Assembly (NCBI GenBank): GCA_023379605.1
Contig: JAMCQF010000120.1
Coordinates: forward strand, 1-55,837
Length of the DNA: 55,837 bases
Direction of reading: 5' to 3'
From: Actinomycetota bacterium
GTDB lineage: Bacteria > Actinomycetota > Acidimicrobiia > Acidimicrobiales > JAMCQF01
Positions 45,173-54,951 of the stretch are shown piece after piece (the stretch's first letter is position 1; each line of letters starts with the position of its first letter). The notes below the pieces were generated by a model. That model ran no database searches. It saw nothing but the letters and a program-made list of their open reading frames with translations, and had not been told where the DNA came from. The position numbers and the translations under genes were made by a program.

Positions 45173-46372
45173 ATGCGAATTGGATTGGTGTGCCCCTACA
45201 GCATAAGCCAGCCAGGTGGCGTACAGTCCCAAGTCCTCGGCCTTCGGAGAGCCTTTGCCGAGCTGGGAGAGGAAGCCGTGGTGATAGCTCCCTGTGATCG
45301 AGAGCCCAGAGAGGAGGGCATATTTTCCGTTGGCCGTTCTATCTCTCTGCCGGCAAACGGATCCATCGCTCCCATCTCGCTTAGTCCTTTGAGTCTGGCG
45401 AGGACGCGAAGTGTTGTGCTCTGTGGCGCCTTTGACGTGCTTCATCTTCATGAGCCACTTGCGCCAGGGCCAACTTGGGCCGCTCTCGAGTGGGGCCAAG
45501 TGCCACTTTTTGGGACATTTCACCGCACTGGGGCGAGCATGGCCTACAGGGTCGTTGGTCGACTTGGGTATCGCGCGATAGAAAGAATGGCCTGGTGCGG
45601 CGCCGTATCAGAAGAGGCTCGTGCCACAGCTTGCGAAGTGCTGTCTATGGACCCTGAAAGATTCGAGGTAGTGCCAAACGCCGTCGAAGTTGGCAGGTTC
45701 GCTAAAGCCGGGAAGATCTCGGATCTACAGTCCCATGGGGTAGCTCTTGGTGATATGAAGGGCCCTTCTCTTTTACCCGTGCACAGCAATAAAGGGCCTG
45801 TCGTGCTCTTTATCGGACGGCACGAAGAGCGAAAAGGCCTTGAAGTGCTCCTGGCAGCATGGGCGTCACTGTTTGGAGGGGCAGGTTCTATGGCTACCTG
45901 CTCCGAAGATGAGATGCGCCCATCGTTGTTGGTTTCAGGCAGTGGACCGCAGACCGGACGGCTGAAAGCCACCTATGGGGCAACTGAAGGGATCAGCTGG
46001 CTGGGTCGGCTCGAAGACGAGGAACTGGTGAGAGTCATGGGCACAGCCGACGTGGTGGTGGCACCGTCACTGAGGGGAGAATCCTTCGGGGTAGTGCTCT
46101 TGGAGGCGCTATCAGCAGGTGCTGTAGTGGTAGCTAGTGACCTGCCTGGTTACCGCTCTGTACTTGGAGACCATGGCATGCTGGTCCCGCCCGGCAACCC
46201 AGGAGCGCTGGCCAGGGCTTTGGACTCGGTCCTCGAACAGGTCCTTACCCGCACTGGACTGGCATCCCCGCGGGCTCTTGCAGCTTCGATGAAGCACGCA
46301 GAACGCTACTCGATGCACAAGCTGGCGGTGCGCTACCTAGAGCTGTACAAGGCGGTTGGAGCGACGGACTAG
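45173..46372 (+). CDS. pimA: GT4 glycosyltransferase, phosphatidylinositol mannosyltransferase PimA-like
   Basis: The N-terminus MRIGLVCPYSISQPGGVQSQV and the EX7E region ESFGVVLLEALSAGAVVVASD, plus synteny. Confidence 0.83.
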   Translation: MRIGLVCPYSISQPGGVQSQVLGLRRAFAELGEEAVVIAPCDREPREEGIFSVGRSISLPANGSIAPISLSPLSLARTRSVVLCGAFDVLHLHEPLAPGPTWAALEWGQVPLFGTFHRTGASMAYRVVGRLGYRAIERMAWCGAVSEEARATACEVLSMDPERFEVVPNAVEVGRFAKAGKISDLQSHGVALGDMKGPSLLPVHSNKGPVVLFIGRHEERKGLEVLLAAWASLFGGAGSMATCSEDEMRPSLLVSGSGPQTGRLKATYGATEGISWLGRLEDEELVRVMGTADVVVAPSLRGESFGVVLLEALSAGAVVVASDLPGYRSVLGDHGMLVPPGNPGALARALDSVLEQVLTRTGLASPRALAASMKHAERYSMHKLAVRYLELYKAVGATD

Positions 46373-46432
46373 CTCTGGCCAACCGGGATAGCGTTGTGCC
46401 TGATAGCTGGGGCAGTGGCGGCCTAGCTTGGC

Positions 46433-47716
46433 TTGCGCTCTGCTCAATTGGAAGGCTCTAAGCTCTTTTGCATGGATTCTCCAGGAGATCCCGCTGAGCG
46501 AGCCCCATCTACAGGCAAGGCGCGGCCTTTGGCTTCCCGACCTGGAGCGCGGTCTGGTTCAGATGGCCCCGGCTCTTCTAGGGCGAGACCCAGGTCCAGC
46601 CGAGGAGCTGGCTTGTCATCCCCCATCTCTCGCTCGCCCAAGGACTCAGCTACCCCTGCCGCTCCATCTAGGCAGCCCGGCAAGCCCGCTCGAGTCCAGG
46701 CTCGAAGGTCATCGCTTGCTTCCACTGCCATGCCAAAGAGCACCAAGGGGGCCAAGAACCGCCCGCAAGGGCCAGGGTCACAGGCTGGCTCGAGCACAGG
46801 TAGATCGCCGGCAGCTGGGACAAGGGTCGCACGGGCTCCCAGCGCAGTGCTGGATAGGCCAGCCAGCCTTCTGGAGGCATCGATGGCGGAGCATCGCGCT
46901 GCCAGTCGGGATCGCAACCGCGCCCTTGGTTTGCTCGTAGCTGCAGTATTCCTGCCCTTAACCGTCTTTGGGGCTCTTGTGGGAACGATCCTCGGAGTGG
47001 TCATAACCCCCTTACTCGGAGCGATTGTGGCCGCTGTGCTAGGTCCGTTGCTCGGTGGCGCTGTAGCCGCGTGGCTGTGGTTCCGTGGGCCTTATCTGAT
47101 CGTCACCTGGCTGGGGGCTCAACGGCAAGGAGAGGACCAAGCTCCTCGGATCCATAACATCCTCGACTGGCTCTGCGCTGGATGTGGCCTGGTCAAGCCC
47201 GATCTTTATGTGGTTGACAGCCCAGCGTTGAGCGCGATGTCGCTTGGTCGAAACCGCCGAGAAACCTATCTAGTTGTCACCTCTGGCTTGCTGGAAGGGC
47301 TCGACAGCGTGGAGATGGAAGGCGTTGTCGCCCATGAGCTGTGCCATCTTCGTGGCCCTGGGCCCTCTGCTGTGACTGTGGCTGGGATTATAGGCATGGG
47401 GCTGGCGGCGATTGGGGTGGCCAAGTCCATTTGCAGTCTTTTGGTGCAAGACCAGCGTGAGCTCGAGGCAGATCTGGCTGCGGTTGCGATGACCAGGTAT
47501 CCACCGGGATTGCTGGGTGCGCTGGGCAAGATGGAGAGCGCTTGTTTGGCCAGCTGCGAGGTGCAACCTCGCAGCTGGCGGTTCCGGGCAGCTGTGGTGG
47601 CAACGGAGCCCCTCTGGCTGAGCCCTATCCAAGAGCAGGGCAGCCGGATCCTTGGCGGAGAGAGCGGATCACTCGCCAGCCTCCGGTTGCGAATGGAGGC
47701 CTTAAGAGAGCTCTAG
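46433..47716 (+). CDS. M48 (HtpX-like) zinc metallopeptidase; the conserved membrane/peptidase core starts about 46883 and the N-terminal 150 aa are uncertain
   Basis: HELCHL (HExxH), a downstream ELEAD..A, and two hydrophobic helices before the motif. Upstream is a 150-aa Ser/Pro/Arg/Gly-rich stretch. Other possible starts are 46472, 46730 and 46883. Confidence 0.75.
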   Translation: MRSAQLEGSKLFCMDSPGDPAERAPSTGKARPLASRPGARSGSDGPGSSRARPRSSRGAGLSSPISRSPKDSATPAAPSRQPGKPARVQARRSSLASTAMPKSTKGAKNRPQGPGSQAGSSTGRSPAAGTRVARAPSAVLDRPASLLEASMAEHRAASRDRNRALGLLVAAVFLPLTVFGALVGTILGVVITPLLGAIVAAVLGPLLGGAVAAWLWFRGPYLIVTWLGAQRQGEDQAPRIHNILDWLCAGCGLVKPDLYVVDSPALSAMSLGRNRRETYLVVTSGLLEGLDSVEMEGVVAHELCHLRGPGPSAVTVAGIIGMGLAAIGVAKSICSLLVQDQRELEADLAAVAMTRYPPGLLGALGKMESACLASCEVQPRSWRFRAAVVATEPLWLSPIQEQGSRILGGESGSLASLRLRMEALREL

Positions 47717-47724
47717 CATTGCTA

Positions 47725-47750
47725 GGTCCGCTCCGTCGGTCCGCTCCGTC
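47725..47750. repeat. 13-bp tandem duplication ggtccgctccgtc x2 in the M48-pdxS spacer
   Basis: Read directly: 47725-47737 equals 47738-47750. Confidence 0.95.
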
Positions 47751-47805
47751 CGGTCTGTCCAACTCGCTGGCCCACAGGACGGCTTTCGACGTTGCGTTGG
47801 GTAAC

Positions 47806-48822
47806 ATGGTGGGCATGGGCGACCTAGACAGCGACGATCTGCAGGACGTGAAGAGCACCTCTGAGAGCACCGGGTATGGTTCTGGTGCAGCTGGGGTTGG
47901 ATATCCAGGGGCTACCGGAGGCGGTCAGTACTCAGGCGGTTCCGAGCGGGCAGTGGGCACGATGAGGGTCAAGCGTGGCCTTGCGGAGATGTTGCGAGGC
48001 GGTGTCATTATGGACGTAGTCACTGCAGATCAGGCCAAGCTTGCCGAGGACGCTGGTGCGGTCGCGGTGATGGCATTGGAGCGCGTGCCAGCGGACATTC
48101 GCCGGCAGGGAGGTGTGGCCCGTATGAGCGACCCCGCTCTTGTGGAAGCTATCCAGCAGGCTGTGACCGTACCCGTCATGGCAAAGGCTCGGATAGGCCA
48201 CTTCGCCGAGGCACAGATCCTTCAGGAGCTGGCTGTAGATTACGTAGACGAGAGCGAGGTGCTCACTCCCGCCGATGAGGAGCACCATATAGACAAGTGG
48301 GCATTCGACGTTCCTTTCGTGTGTGGAGCCACGAACCTAGGTGAGGCTCTAAGGCGTATCTCAGAGGGCGCGGCCCTCATACGCTCCAAGGGAGAGGCAG
48401 GCACAGGGGACGTGGTGGAGGCAGTTAGGCATCTCCGGTCGATCATGGGGGATCTGAGGCGATTGGCATCTGCAGACCCCACAGAGCGCTTTGCCTGGGC
48501 CAAGCGGCTTCAGGCACCCCTGGAGCTGGTGGAGGAGGTGGCAGAGACTGGAAAGCTGCCCGTACCGCTGTTTTGCGCAGGAGGGCTTGCCACGCCTGCC
48601 GATGCTGCGCTCGTCATGCAGCTCGGAGCAGAGGCCGTCTTTGTGGGATCGGGGATCTTCCATAGCTCTGATCCGTCAAGGCGAGCGCGGGCTATTGTGG
48701 AGGCAACAGCCCATGCTAGAGACGCCGCAATCCTGACCAAAGTCAGCCGGGGGCTGGGAGAGGCCATGTCGGGTTCCCCAGCTCAGTCAGTTGAGACTCG
48801 CCTGGCGGAGCGAGGGTGGTGA
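47806..48822 (+). CDS. pdxS: pyridoxal 5'-phosphate synthase lyase subunit
   Basis: [56 protein letters not shown] is near-identical in pattern to known PdxS. Start set to ATG 47806 (or 47815), downstream of the M48 stop. The listed ORF start at 47542 overlaps the M48 gene. Confidence 0.9.
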   Translation: MVGMGDLDSDDLQDVKSTSESTGYGSGAAGVGYPGATGGGQYSGGSERAVGTMRVKRGLAEMLRGGVIMDVVTADQAKLAEDAGAVAVMALERVPADIRRQGGVARMSDPALVEAIQQAVTVPVMAKARIGHFAEAQILQELAVDYVDESEVLTPADEEHHIDKWAFDVPFVCGATNLGEALRRISEGAALIRSKGEAGTGDVVEAVRHLRSIMGDLRRLASADPTERFAWAKRLQAPLELVEEVAETGKLPVPLFCAGGLATPADAALVMQLGAEAVFVGSGIFHSSDPSRRARAIVEATAHARDAAILTKVSRGLGEAMSGSPAQSVETRLAERGW

Positions 48823-49474
48823 GCGAGCAATCAGCCGCCCATCAATAGGCATAGTCGCCCTCCAGGGCGACTATGGCGAGCATGCTAGTGCCCTGGAGAG
48901 CTCTGGAGCGCGCGTGGTGGAAGTTCGCCAACCCAGTGACTGTCGTGGCCTTGATGGTCTCGTGCTGCCAGGGGGAGAGTCAACTACGATCTCCATGCTG
49001 ATCGAATCTGCGGGTCTAACTGGCCCTATCGGCGGACTGATAACCGCTGGCCTCCCGGTGCTCGGGACCTGTGCCGGAATGATAATTATGGCTAGCGAGG
49101 TTTCAGACGGGCGTCCTGGCCAGCTGTTCTTTAAAGCCATTGACATTGCAGTGCGCCGAAACGGCTTTGGCCGGCAGGTTCATTCTTTTGAGTGTGACCT
49201 CGAGGTTGCCGGCATTGAAGGCGGTCCGTTCAGGGCAGTGTTCATCCGTGCACCAGCAGTAGAGCGGGTGGGCGAGGGAGTAGAGGTGCTCGCTGGGCTT
49301 TCAGATGGCACTCCGGTAGCCTGCAGGCAGGGAAACGTGCTCGTAGCGTCCTTCCATCCGGAGCTGACAGGCGATATCCGGTTTCATCAGAGGTTTGTGA
49401 AGATGGCGAGAGTGCGAAAGGAGCAGCAGCGCAATGTCGGGTCATTCCAAGTGGGCGACAACCAAGCATCGTAA
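48791..49474 (+). CDS. pdxT: pyridoxal 5'-phosphate synthase glutaminase subunit
   Basis: [26 protein letters not shown] (catalytic Cys) and SFHPELT. The only canonical start is TTG 48791, which overlaps pdxS by 32 nt. Confidence 0.88.
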   Translation: MRLAWRSEGGERAISRPSIGIVALQGDYGEHASALESSGARVVEVRQPSDCRGLDGLVLPGGESTTISMLIESAGLTGPIGGLITAGLPVLGTCAGMIIMASEVSDGRPGQLFFKAIDIAVRRNGFGRQVHSFECDLEVAGIEGGPFRAVFIRAPAVERVGEGVEVLAGLSDGTPVACRQGNVLVASFHPELTGDIRFHQRFVKMARVRKEQQRNVGSFQVGDNQAS

Positions 49475-50186
49475 GGGCGCCCTGGACAAAGCCAGGGGAA
49501 AGCTGTTTGCCAAGCTCATTCGCCAGGTAGAGGTGGCCGCCAGGGATGGCGGGGGCGACATCAACGCCAACGCGAACCTGCGCACTATGTTCCAAAAAGC
49601 CAGGGATGCCTCTGTGCCAATGGACACCATCGAGCGCGCCATCAAGCGTGGCACTGGAGAGCTGGAGGGTGTCCGCTACGAGGCGGTCTCCTATGAGGGA
49701 TATGCTCCCTGCGGCGTCGCTGTGCTGGTTGAATGCTTGTCCGATAATCGCAACCGCACCGGATCGGAGATAAGGAGCATATTCAACCGCAATGGCGGGA
49801 ACATGGCCGAGCCTGGGGCTGTTGCCTGGCAGTTCGAGCGCAAAGGTCAGCTGACACTTCCTGCTGACATAGAGGAGGACAAGGTCATAGAAGCCGTCCT
49901 GGAAGCAGGTGCAGAGGATTTCACCAACGAGGCTGACCACTGGCTTGTTACCTGCGCGCCTTCCGATCTTGCCTCGGTTCGCTCCTCCATAGAAGGCTCG
50001 GGCCTTGTCGTAGCTGCTGCAGATCTTGTGATGGTCTCCAACTCGAGCGTCGAGGTGGGCGATGAGTCAGGAGCGCGAAAGGTGCTGAGGCTTCTTGATG
50101 CTCTTGAAGACCATGACGATGTGCAAAACGTATGGTCCAACTTTGACATTCCAGATGCAGTCCTGGCTGCTGTCGCCGCAGAATGA
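49434..50186 (+). CDS. yebC: YebC/PmpR-family protein
   Basis: [28 protein letters not shown] is the canonical N-terminus. It overlaps the pdxT 3' end by 41 nt. Confidence 0.92.
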   Translation: MSGHSKWATTKHRKGALDKARGKLFAKLIRQVEVAARDGGGDINANANLRTMFQKARDASVPMDTIERAIKRGTGELEGVRYEAVSYEGYAPCGVAVLVECLSDNRNRTGSEIRSIFNRNGGNMAEPGAVAWQFERKGQLTLPADIEEDKVIEAVLEAGAEDFTNEADHWLVTCAPSDLASVRSSIEGSGLVVAAADLVMVSNSSVEVGDESGARKVLRLLDALEDHDDVQNVWSNFDIPDAVLAAVAAE

Positions 50187-50323
50187 GCGTGCCTGGAGGC
50201 TCTCCAGCCTTGGCCAATTGCGCTTTCATGGGGACAGGGGCGCTGCGGCTAAGTGCATGAGCCCGTTTGGCTCGAAAGATGAGGTCCCCCCGTTGGGCGC
50301 AAATTCGCGCTAGGCTCGAACGA

Positions 50324-50866
50324 GTGTTCGTTCTAGGCATTGACCCTGGACTGTCCAGGTGTGGCTACGGGTTGGTTGCGCGCAAGGGACAGGGGTTCAC
50401 AGCGCTTGCAGCTGGTGTCATAACCACCGATCCCCATGCCAGCTTGCCCGATCGTCTCGGATCTCTTCAAAGGGAGATATCCTCTCTGCTAGAAGAGCTC
50501 AACCCCGATGTGGTGGCAGTGGAGAGGGTGTTCTTCCAGACCAACGTCAAAACGGCGATGGGTGTTGGCCAGGCAAGTGGAATTGCCCTGGCGTCAGCTT
50601 CAATAGCTGGATGCGAGGTAGCCGAGTACACCTCCAACGAGGTCAAAGAGGCGATGGTGGGCTATGGGGCTGCAACGAAGAACCAGGTGCAGGCAATGGT
50701 GGCAAAGCTATCCGGGCTGGCTGGTCCACCCAGCCCTCCAGATGTCGCCGATGCTCTTGGTCTGGCGCTGTGCCACCTAACTAGAGAGCCTCTCCGTAGG
50801 GCTGTGCTTGCCGTTCAGGATCATCGGGCGCTTGCCCGCTCAGATAGATCAGGGAGATCAAGTTGA
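50324..50866 (+). CDS. ruvC: crossover junction endodeoxyribonuclease RuvC
   Basis: VLGIDPGLSRCGYG and VAVERVFF. The GTG at 50324 gives the canonical N-terminus. The listed ORF starts at TTG 50267. Confidence 0.9.
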   Translation: MFVLGIDPGLSRCGYGLVARKGQGFTALAAGVITTDPHASLPDRLGSLQREISSLLEELNPDVVAVERVFFQTNVKTAMGVGQASGIALASASIAGCEVAEYTSNEVKEAMVGYGAATKNQVQAMVAKLSGLAGPPSPPDVADALGLALCHLTREPLRRAVLAVQDHRALARSDRSGRSS

Positions 50867-51471
50867 TAGGGCTCTTGCGCGGAGCTCTCCTAGAGTGTGG
50901 CCTCGATGGAGAGATCCTCATAGAGGTGGCCGGCGTCGGCTACCGTGTGACGGTTCCCACCTCGACTCTGGGGTTGCTCGGCGATGTTGGCGCTGATGTC
51001 ACGCTCTATGTCCACACCCATGTCCGAGAGGACGCGATAGTGCTGTTCGGTTTCGTTGATCGAGCCCAGCGCTCCTGCTTTGAAGCGCTGATCGGAGCTC
51101 ACGGAGTCGGCCCTTCTTTGGCCCTGTCGGTGCTCAACGTGCACTCGCCAAGCGAGCTGCAAAGGGCAGTGAGTGAGGACGACCTCGACGCTTTGACCTT
51201 GGTGCCCGGGGTCGGCAAGAAAACTGCGGCCAAGCTTCTCATCGACTTAAAGAGCCGACTGGGCCTGGATGGTATCGGGACCTCGCCTGGCTTTCCAGCA
51301 AGCAGGGGAGGCCCCCTTGAGCGCACGTCTCGCGGAGAGGTGCGTGCTGCCCTTGTCGAGCTGGGTTATGGCTCCGAGGAGATACGTACCGCCCTGCAGG
51401 CACTCCCTAGCACCGGCGCTGTAGAGGACCTGCTCCGAATCGCCCTCAAAGAGCTGGCTGGTGCGAGGTGA
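50863..51471 (+). CDS. ruvA: Holliday junction DNA helicase subunit RuvA
   Basis: MIGLLRGAL ... VGYRV and the HhH region [20 protein letters not shown] overlap with ruvC. Confidence 0.9.
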   Translation: MIGLLRGALLECGLDGEILIEVAGVGYRVTVPTSTLGLLGDVGADVTLYVHTHVREDAIVLFGFVDRAQRSCFEALIGAHGVGPSLALSVLNVHSPSELQRAVSEDDLDALTLVPGVGKKTAAKLLIDLKSRLGLDGIGTSPGFPASRGGPLERTSRGEVRAALVELGYGSEEIRTALQALPSTGAVEDLLRIALKELAGAR

Positions 51472-52610
51472 CCCCCAGGCATGAGGTGCTGAGAGCAGCA
51501 GGAGATCTTCCAACCGAGGAGGTATCACCGAGCCGACGAGGCATCGACCCGGCGGCGGATCCAACTGAGCTGGCTGAGGAAGCCAGCCTTCGACCGCGCA
51601 GGCTGGCTGATTTCGTGGGGCAGGAACGGCTGAAAGAGCATTTGGAGATAGTCCTCGGGGCAGCCAAACGTCGTGGCCAGGCTGTCGACCACCTACTTTT
51701 CGCTGGCCCTCCGGGCTTGGGCAAGACCTCGCTGGCGGGCATAGTAGCGGCAGAGATGGGAGTCGGGCTGCGCGTTACCTCCGGCCCTGCGCTGCTGCGC
51801 GGAGGTGATCTAGCTGCGATCCTCACTGATCTCCAAGAAGGCGACGTGTTGTTCATCGATGAGATCCACCGCCTTCCACGTGTGGTAGGTGAGATCCTCT
51901 ATCCGGCGATGGAAGAGTTCCAGCTGGACATCGTCATCGGCAAAGGTCCAACTGCCAGAGCGATCAGGCTGGACCTACCGAGCTTTACCCTGGTGGGTGC
52001 TACCACTCGGACTGGCTTGCTCGCAGGCCCTCTGCGAGACCGTTTCGGGTTCGTTAGCCACGTCGACTTCTTGGAGATCAGTGAGGATCGCAGCTAGATC
52101 ATGAGAGCGGCCAGGATTTTCGGTGTCCATATAGGGGAGGGTTCTGCTGGCGAGATAGCCACTCGTTCCAGAGGCACACCACGCATAGCCAACCGCCTAC
52201 TGCGAAGGGTAAGAGATTTCGCTGAGATGAGAGGAGATGGACGGATCACTTTGGATGTGGCTTCTAGGGCTCTGGATCTCTTCGGTGTGGATGGGCGAGG
52301 TTTGGACCAGGTTGATAGGAGCATCCTTTTTGCCCTTTGCCAACGTTTTGGGGGTCGTCCGGTAGGCCTGGCCACGCTGGCCCACTGTGTTGGGGAAGAG
52401 CCTGACACATTAGAGGACGTCTACGAGCCGTACCTGCTAAGAGAGGGCCTCATGCAAAGGACATCCAGAGGGCGTGTGGCGACGCCGGCAGCCTGGGCTC
52501 ACCTAAGCGCCTGCTCAGGGGAGAACCTGGCTTTTCACACTACTGGTCACCCTGTTGGCGAGGCGGTAGCTGCTCCTGGCGCGACCCCCCTGCCGCTCCG
52601 GCTGGAATAG
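51468..52610 (+). pseudogene. ruvB: Holliday junction helicase RuvB, reading frame interrupted by one in-frame TAG at 52095-52097 (two ORFs: 51468-52097 and 52101-52610)
   Basis: ORF1 carries Walker [12 protein letters not shown], Walker B FIDEIH and sensor-1 TLVGATT. ORF2 carries [17 protein letters not shown] and the winged-helix end. Both are in the same frame. Together they are collinear, without indels, with E. coli/M. tuberculosis RuvB as I recall them. The TAG falls at a conserved hydrophobic position. Confidence 0.85.
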
Positions 52611-52630
52611 GGCGGGGGAACGCTGTGCTC

Positions 52631-52714
52631 CGACAGAGCCCACAGGGACCAAGTTTGTGGGTGTCTCTGTCGTGTCTGTCACTTAATGCTTCGACAGAGC
52701 CGCAGGGACCAAGT
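52631..52714. repeat. two copies of a ~24-nt element (cgacagagcc[ca/g]cagggaccaagt); the first is part of an imperfect 14-bp hairpin
   Basis: Copies are at 52631-52654 and 52692-52714. cgacagag/ctctgtcg (52631-38 with 52665-72) and cccaca/tgtggg (52639-44 with 52656-61) can pair. Confidence 0.85.
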
Positions 52715-52747
52715 CCAGCGTGAGCTTGTAGATCTCTGAGCACGTAG

Positions 52748-53854
52748 ATGCCAAAGAGCACTCCAATTGGATGTTTCGACTACAACCTTCCACCAGGATC
52801 GGTGGCGCAACATCCGCTCGAGCCCCGGAGCGCCGCTCGGCTGCTCGATGCCTCAGGGCCAAATCCGGTTCACCGCAGGGTCTCTGACCTGCCAGGACTG
52901 GTTGGAGCAGGCGATGTAGTAGTTGTCAACGAGACCCGTGTTCACCCTGGCCGGTTGCTCCTTGTGAAACCCACCGGCGGAGTGGTCGAGGTGCTGCTTG
53001 TCGAGGAGCTCACCGGATCTGGCTCTGGTCCTGAATGGGAGGCTCTGGTCCGGCCCAGTCGCAGGGTGCCACCAGGGACAGTGCTGCTCGATGGGCCTGG
53101 TGGCTCTCCTGCGCTTGAGGTGGGACCGCCCACCGTCGAGTCACCGTTGCAGCCTTACATAAAAGAAGCTCATCTAGGGTCGAGCGACCCGGCTCCTTCT
53201 CACAGTCCTGACGGCGGGCTGCGCTTGGTTCGCCTTATTGACCCAATGATCGTCGACAGGGTTGGACAAATGCCACTTCCTCCCTACATCCATGAGCCGT
53301 TGGCCGATCCGGAGCGTTATCAGACCGTCTATGCCAAGGCACCTGGCTCGGTGGCAGCGCCTACAGCAGGTCTTCACCTCACCGAGGAGGTTCTCTCGGC
53401 ATGCATGGCAAATGGCGCGTCGATCCAGCGTGTCGATCTTTCGGTCGGTCTCGGAACGTTTCGCCCAATAACGGCTGCAAAGGTAGAGGACCACGCCATG
53501 CACTCAGAGCGCTACCGGGTCCCCAAGGAGACTCTTGAGGCCTGCAGAGAAGCAAGGAGGGTCCTCGCAGTAGGGACCACGACGCTCAGGGCACTCGAAT
53601 CTGCTGCGGCAACAGGGTGCCTTCAGGGTAGGACCTCTCTTTACATACATGGGGACTTCTCTTTTCTTGTGGTGGACGTCCTGCTTACCAACTTCCACCT
53701 GCCACGCTCTTCCTTGCTGGTACTGCTCGAGTCCTTCTACGGGCCAGGCTGGAGAGAGCTCTACAAGCTCGCAGCAGAGCAGGGGTACCGTTTTGCGTCC
53801 TTTGGTGACGCCATGCTGGTAGCCAGGCGAAACCACACAAAGGAGGCGTCTTGA
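52748..53854 (+). CDS. queA: S-adenosylmethionine:tRNA ribosyltransferase-isomerase
   Basis: FDYNLPPGSVAQHPLEPRSAARLL, MPLPPYI, VAAPTAGLHLT, VGTTTLRALES, NFHLPRSSLL. Confidence 0.9.
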   Translation: MPKSTPIGCFDYNLPPGSVAQHPLEPRSAARLLDASGPNPVHRRVSDLPGLVGAGDVVVVNETRVHPGRLLLVKPTGGVVEVLLVEELTGSGSGPEWEALVRPSRRVPPGTVLLDGPGGSPALEVGPPTVESPLQPYIKEAHLGSSDPAPSHSPDGGLRLVRLIDPMIVDRVGQMPLPPYIHEPLADPERYQTVYAKAPGSVAAPTAGLHLTEEVLSACMANGASIQRVDLSVGLGTFRPITAAKVEDHAMHSERYRVPKETLEACREARRVLAVGTTTLRALESAAATGCLQGRTSLYIHGDFSFLVVDVLLTNFHLPRSSLLVLLESFYGPGWRELYKLAAEQGYRFASFGDAMLVARRNHTKEAS

Positions 53855-54951
53855 CCTCTGCGTTGAGCTTTGAGCTCACCTGCAGCGACGGAGGTGCGCG
53901 CGTCGGTACCGTATCGACAGCCCGGGGAAGCTTCCAATCCCCCTGCTTCATGCCAGTGGGTACCCGCGGTGCGGTCCGGGCCATTTCCAGCGCGGATCTC
54001 GAGCTTATAGGGGTGAAGGTTATTCTCGCCAACACCTATCATCTAATGTTGAGGCCGGGTACCGAGATCGTTGCGGGCTTGGGAGGCATCCACGGGTTTG
54101 CGAGCTTCGCTGGTCATGTGCTCACAGATTCCGGCGGCTTCCAAGTCCATTCGCTGCCCTCAGAGGTGGACGATGATGGGGTGACATTCAAATCGGTTTA
54201 CGATGGTGCTACCGTGCGGCTCACCCCTGAGATGGCAGTCAAGGCACAAGAGCAGCTGGGATCGGACATCCAGATGGTGCTCGACGTTTGCGCACCCTTT
54301 CCGAGCTCTGCGGTCCAACTCCGCACCGCAGTCGAAAGGACAACTTCCTGGGCGGCGAGGGCACGTGCCGCACACAGCTTGGAGAGCCAGGCGCTCTTTG
54401 GGATTGTCCAGGGGGGAACTGACATAAAGCTGCGCTCTGAGCACGCGCTTAGGTGTGCGGAGATCGGTTTCGACGGATACGGCGTTGGGGGGCTCTCGGT
54501 TGGCGAGCCGCGCAGCGCAATGCTGGAGGCGTTGGCGGCAGCTGTGACGGGGCTGCCGCCTGATAGGCCACGCTATCTCATGGGGGTCGGGGATCCAGTT
54601 GGCATCCTTGAGTCGGTGGCTCTTGGAATCGACATGTTCGACTGCGTGGCTCCCACGAGGATGGCCCGGCACGGGTCGATGCTCACCTGGTCAGGCAAGC
54701 TGACGCTGCGCAACGCGGCCTATGCCAAAGACAGCACGCCAATTGAGGAGGGCTGTGGCTGTCCAACCTGCTTACGGTGGTCCAGGGCATATCTAAGACA
54801 CCTTCTCATGGTGGGAGATCCTGGAGCAGCACGGGCGTGCACCCTTCACAACCTATGGTGGATGATGGATCTCATGGTCAGGACGCGAGAAGCTGTGCAA
54901 ACCGGGGAGCTTTTTCGTCTCCGTCAAGATGTAGCTCAGGCATACAGGTGA
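53851..54951 (+). CDS. tgt: queuine tRNA-ribosyltransferase
   Basis: FMPVGT, LANTYHL, TDSGGFQV, GIVQGG, GGLSVGE, MGVGDP and the Zn site CGCPTC. TTGA overlap with queA. Confidence 0.92.
   Translation: MTSALSFELTCSDGGARVGTVSTARGSFQSPCFMPVGTRGAVRAISSADLELIGVKVILANTYHLMLRPGTEIVAGLGGIHGFASFAGHVLTDSGGFQVHSLPSEVDDDGVTFKSVYDGATVRLTPEMAVKAQEQLGSDIQMVLDVCAPFPSSAVQLRTAVERTTSWAARARAAHSLESQALFGIVQGGTDIKLRSEHALRCAEIGFDGYGVGGLSVGEPRSAMLEALAAAVTGLPPDRPRYLMGVGDPVGILESVALGIDMFDCVAPTRMARHGSMLTWSGKLTLRNAAYAKDSTPIEEGCGCPTCLRWSRAYLRHLLMVGDPGAARACTLHNLWWMMDLMVRTREAVQTGELFRLRQDVAQAYR

Noticed and set aside
47542-47805. Upstream part of the pdxS ORF
   Set aside because: It overlaps the M48 peptidase 3' end by 175 nt and has no PdxS similarity. 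Starts at 47806/47815 are sufficient.
49242-49940. 232-aa minus-strand ORF opposite pdxT/yebC
   Set aside because: Antisense to two highly conserved genes; shadow ORF.
50193-50207. Hairpin CTGGAG-gct-CTCCAG after yebC as an intrinsic terminator
   Set aside because: The stem is only 6 bp with a 3-nt loop and no U-tract, too weak to call.
52095-52097. TAG in ruvB as a recoded (for example pyrrolysine) or reassigned codon
   Set aside because: TAG terminates several well-delimited genes in this window (pimA 46370-46372, M48 47714-47716, cobD 27734-27736, mshC 38023-38025). No pyl genes are seen here and the lineage is not known for reassignment.
52611-52747. preQ1 riboswitch upstream of queA
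   Set aside because: The sequence does not resemble the short preQ1-I/II consensus as I recall it. queA/tgt are not typical preQ1-regulated genes.
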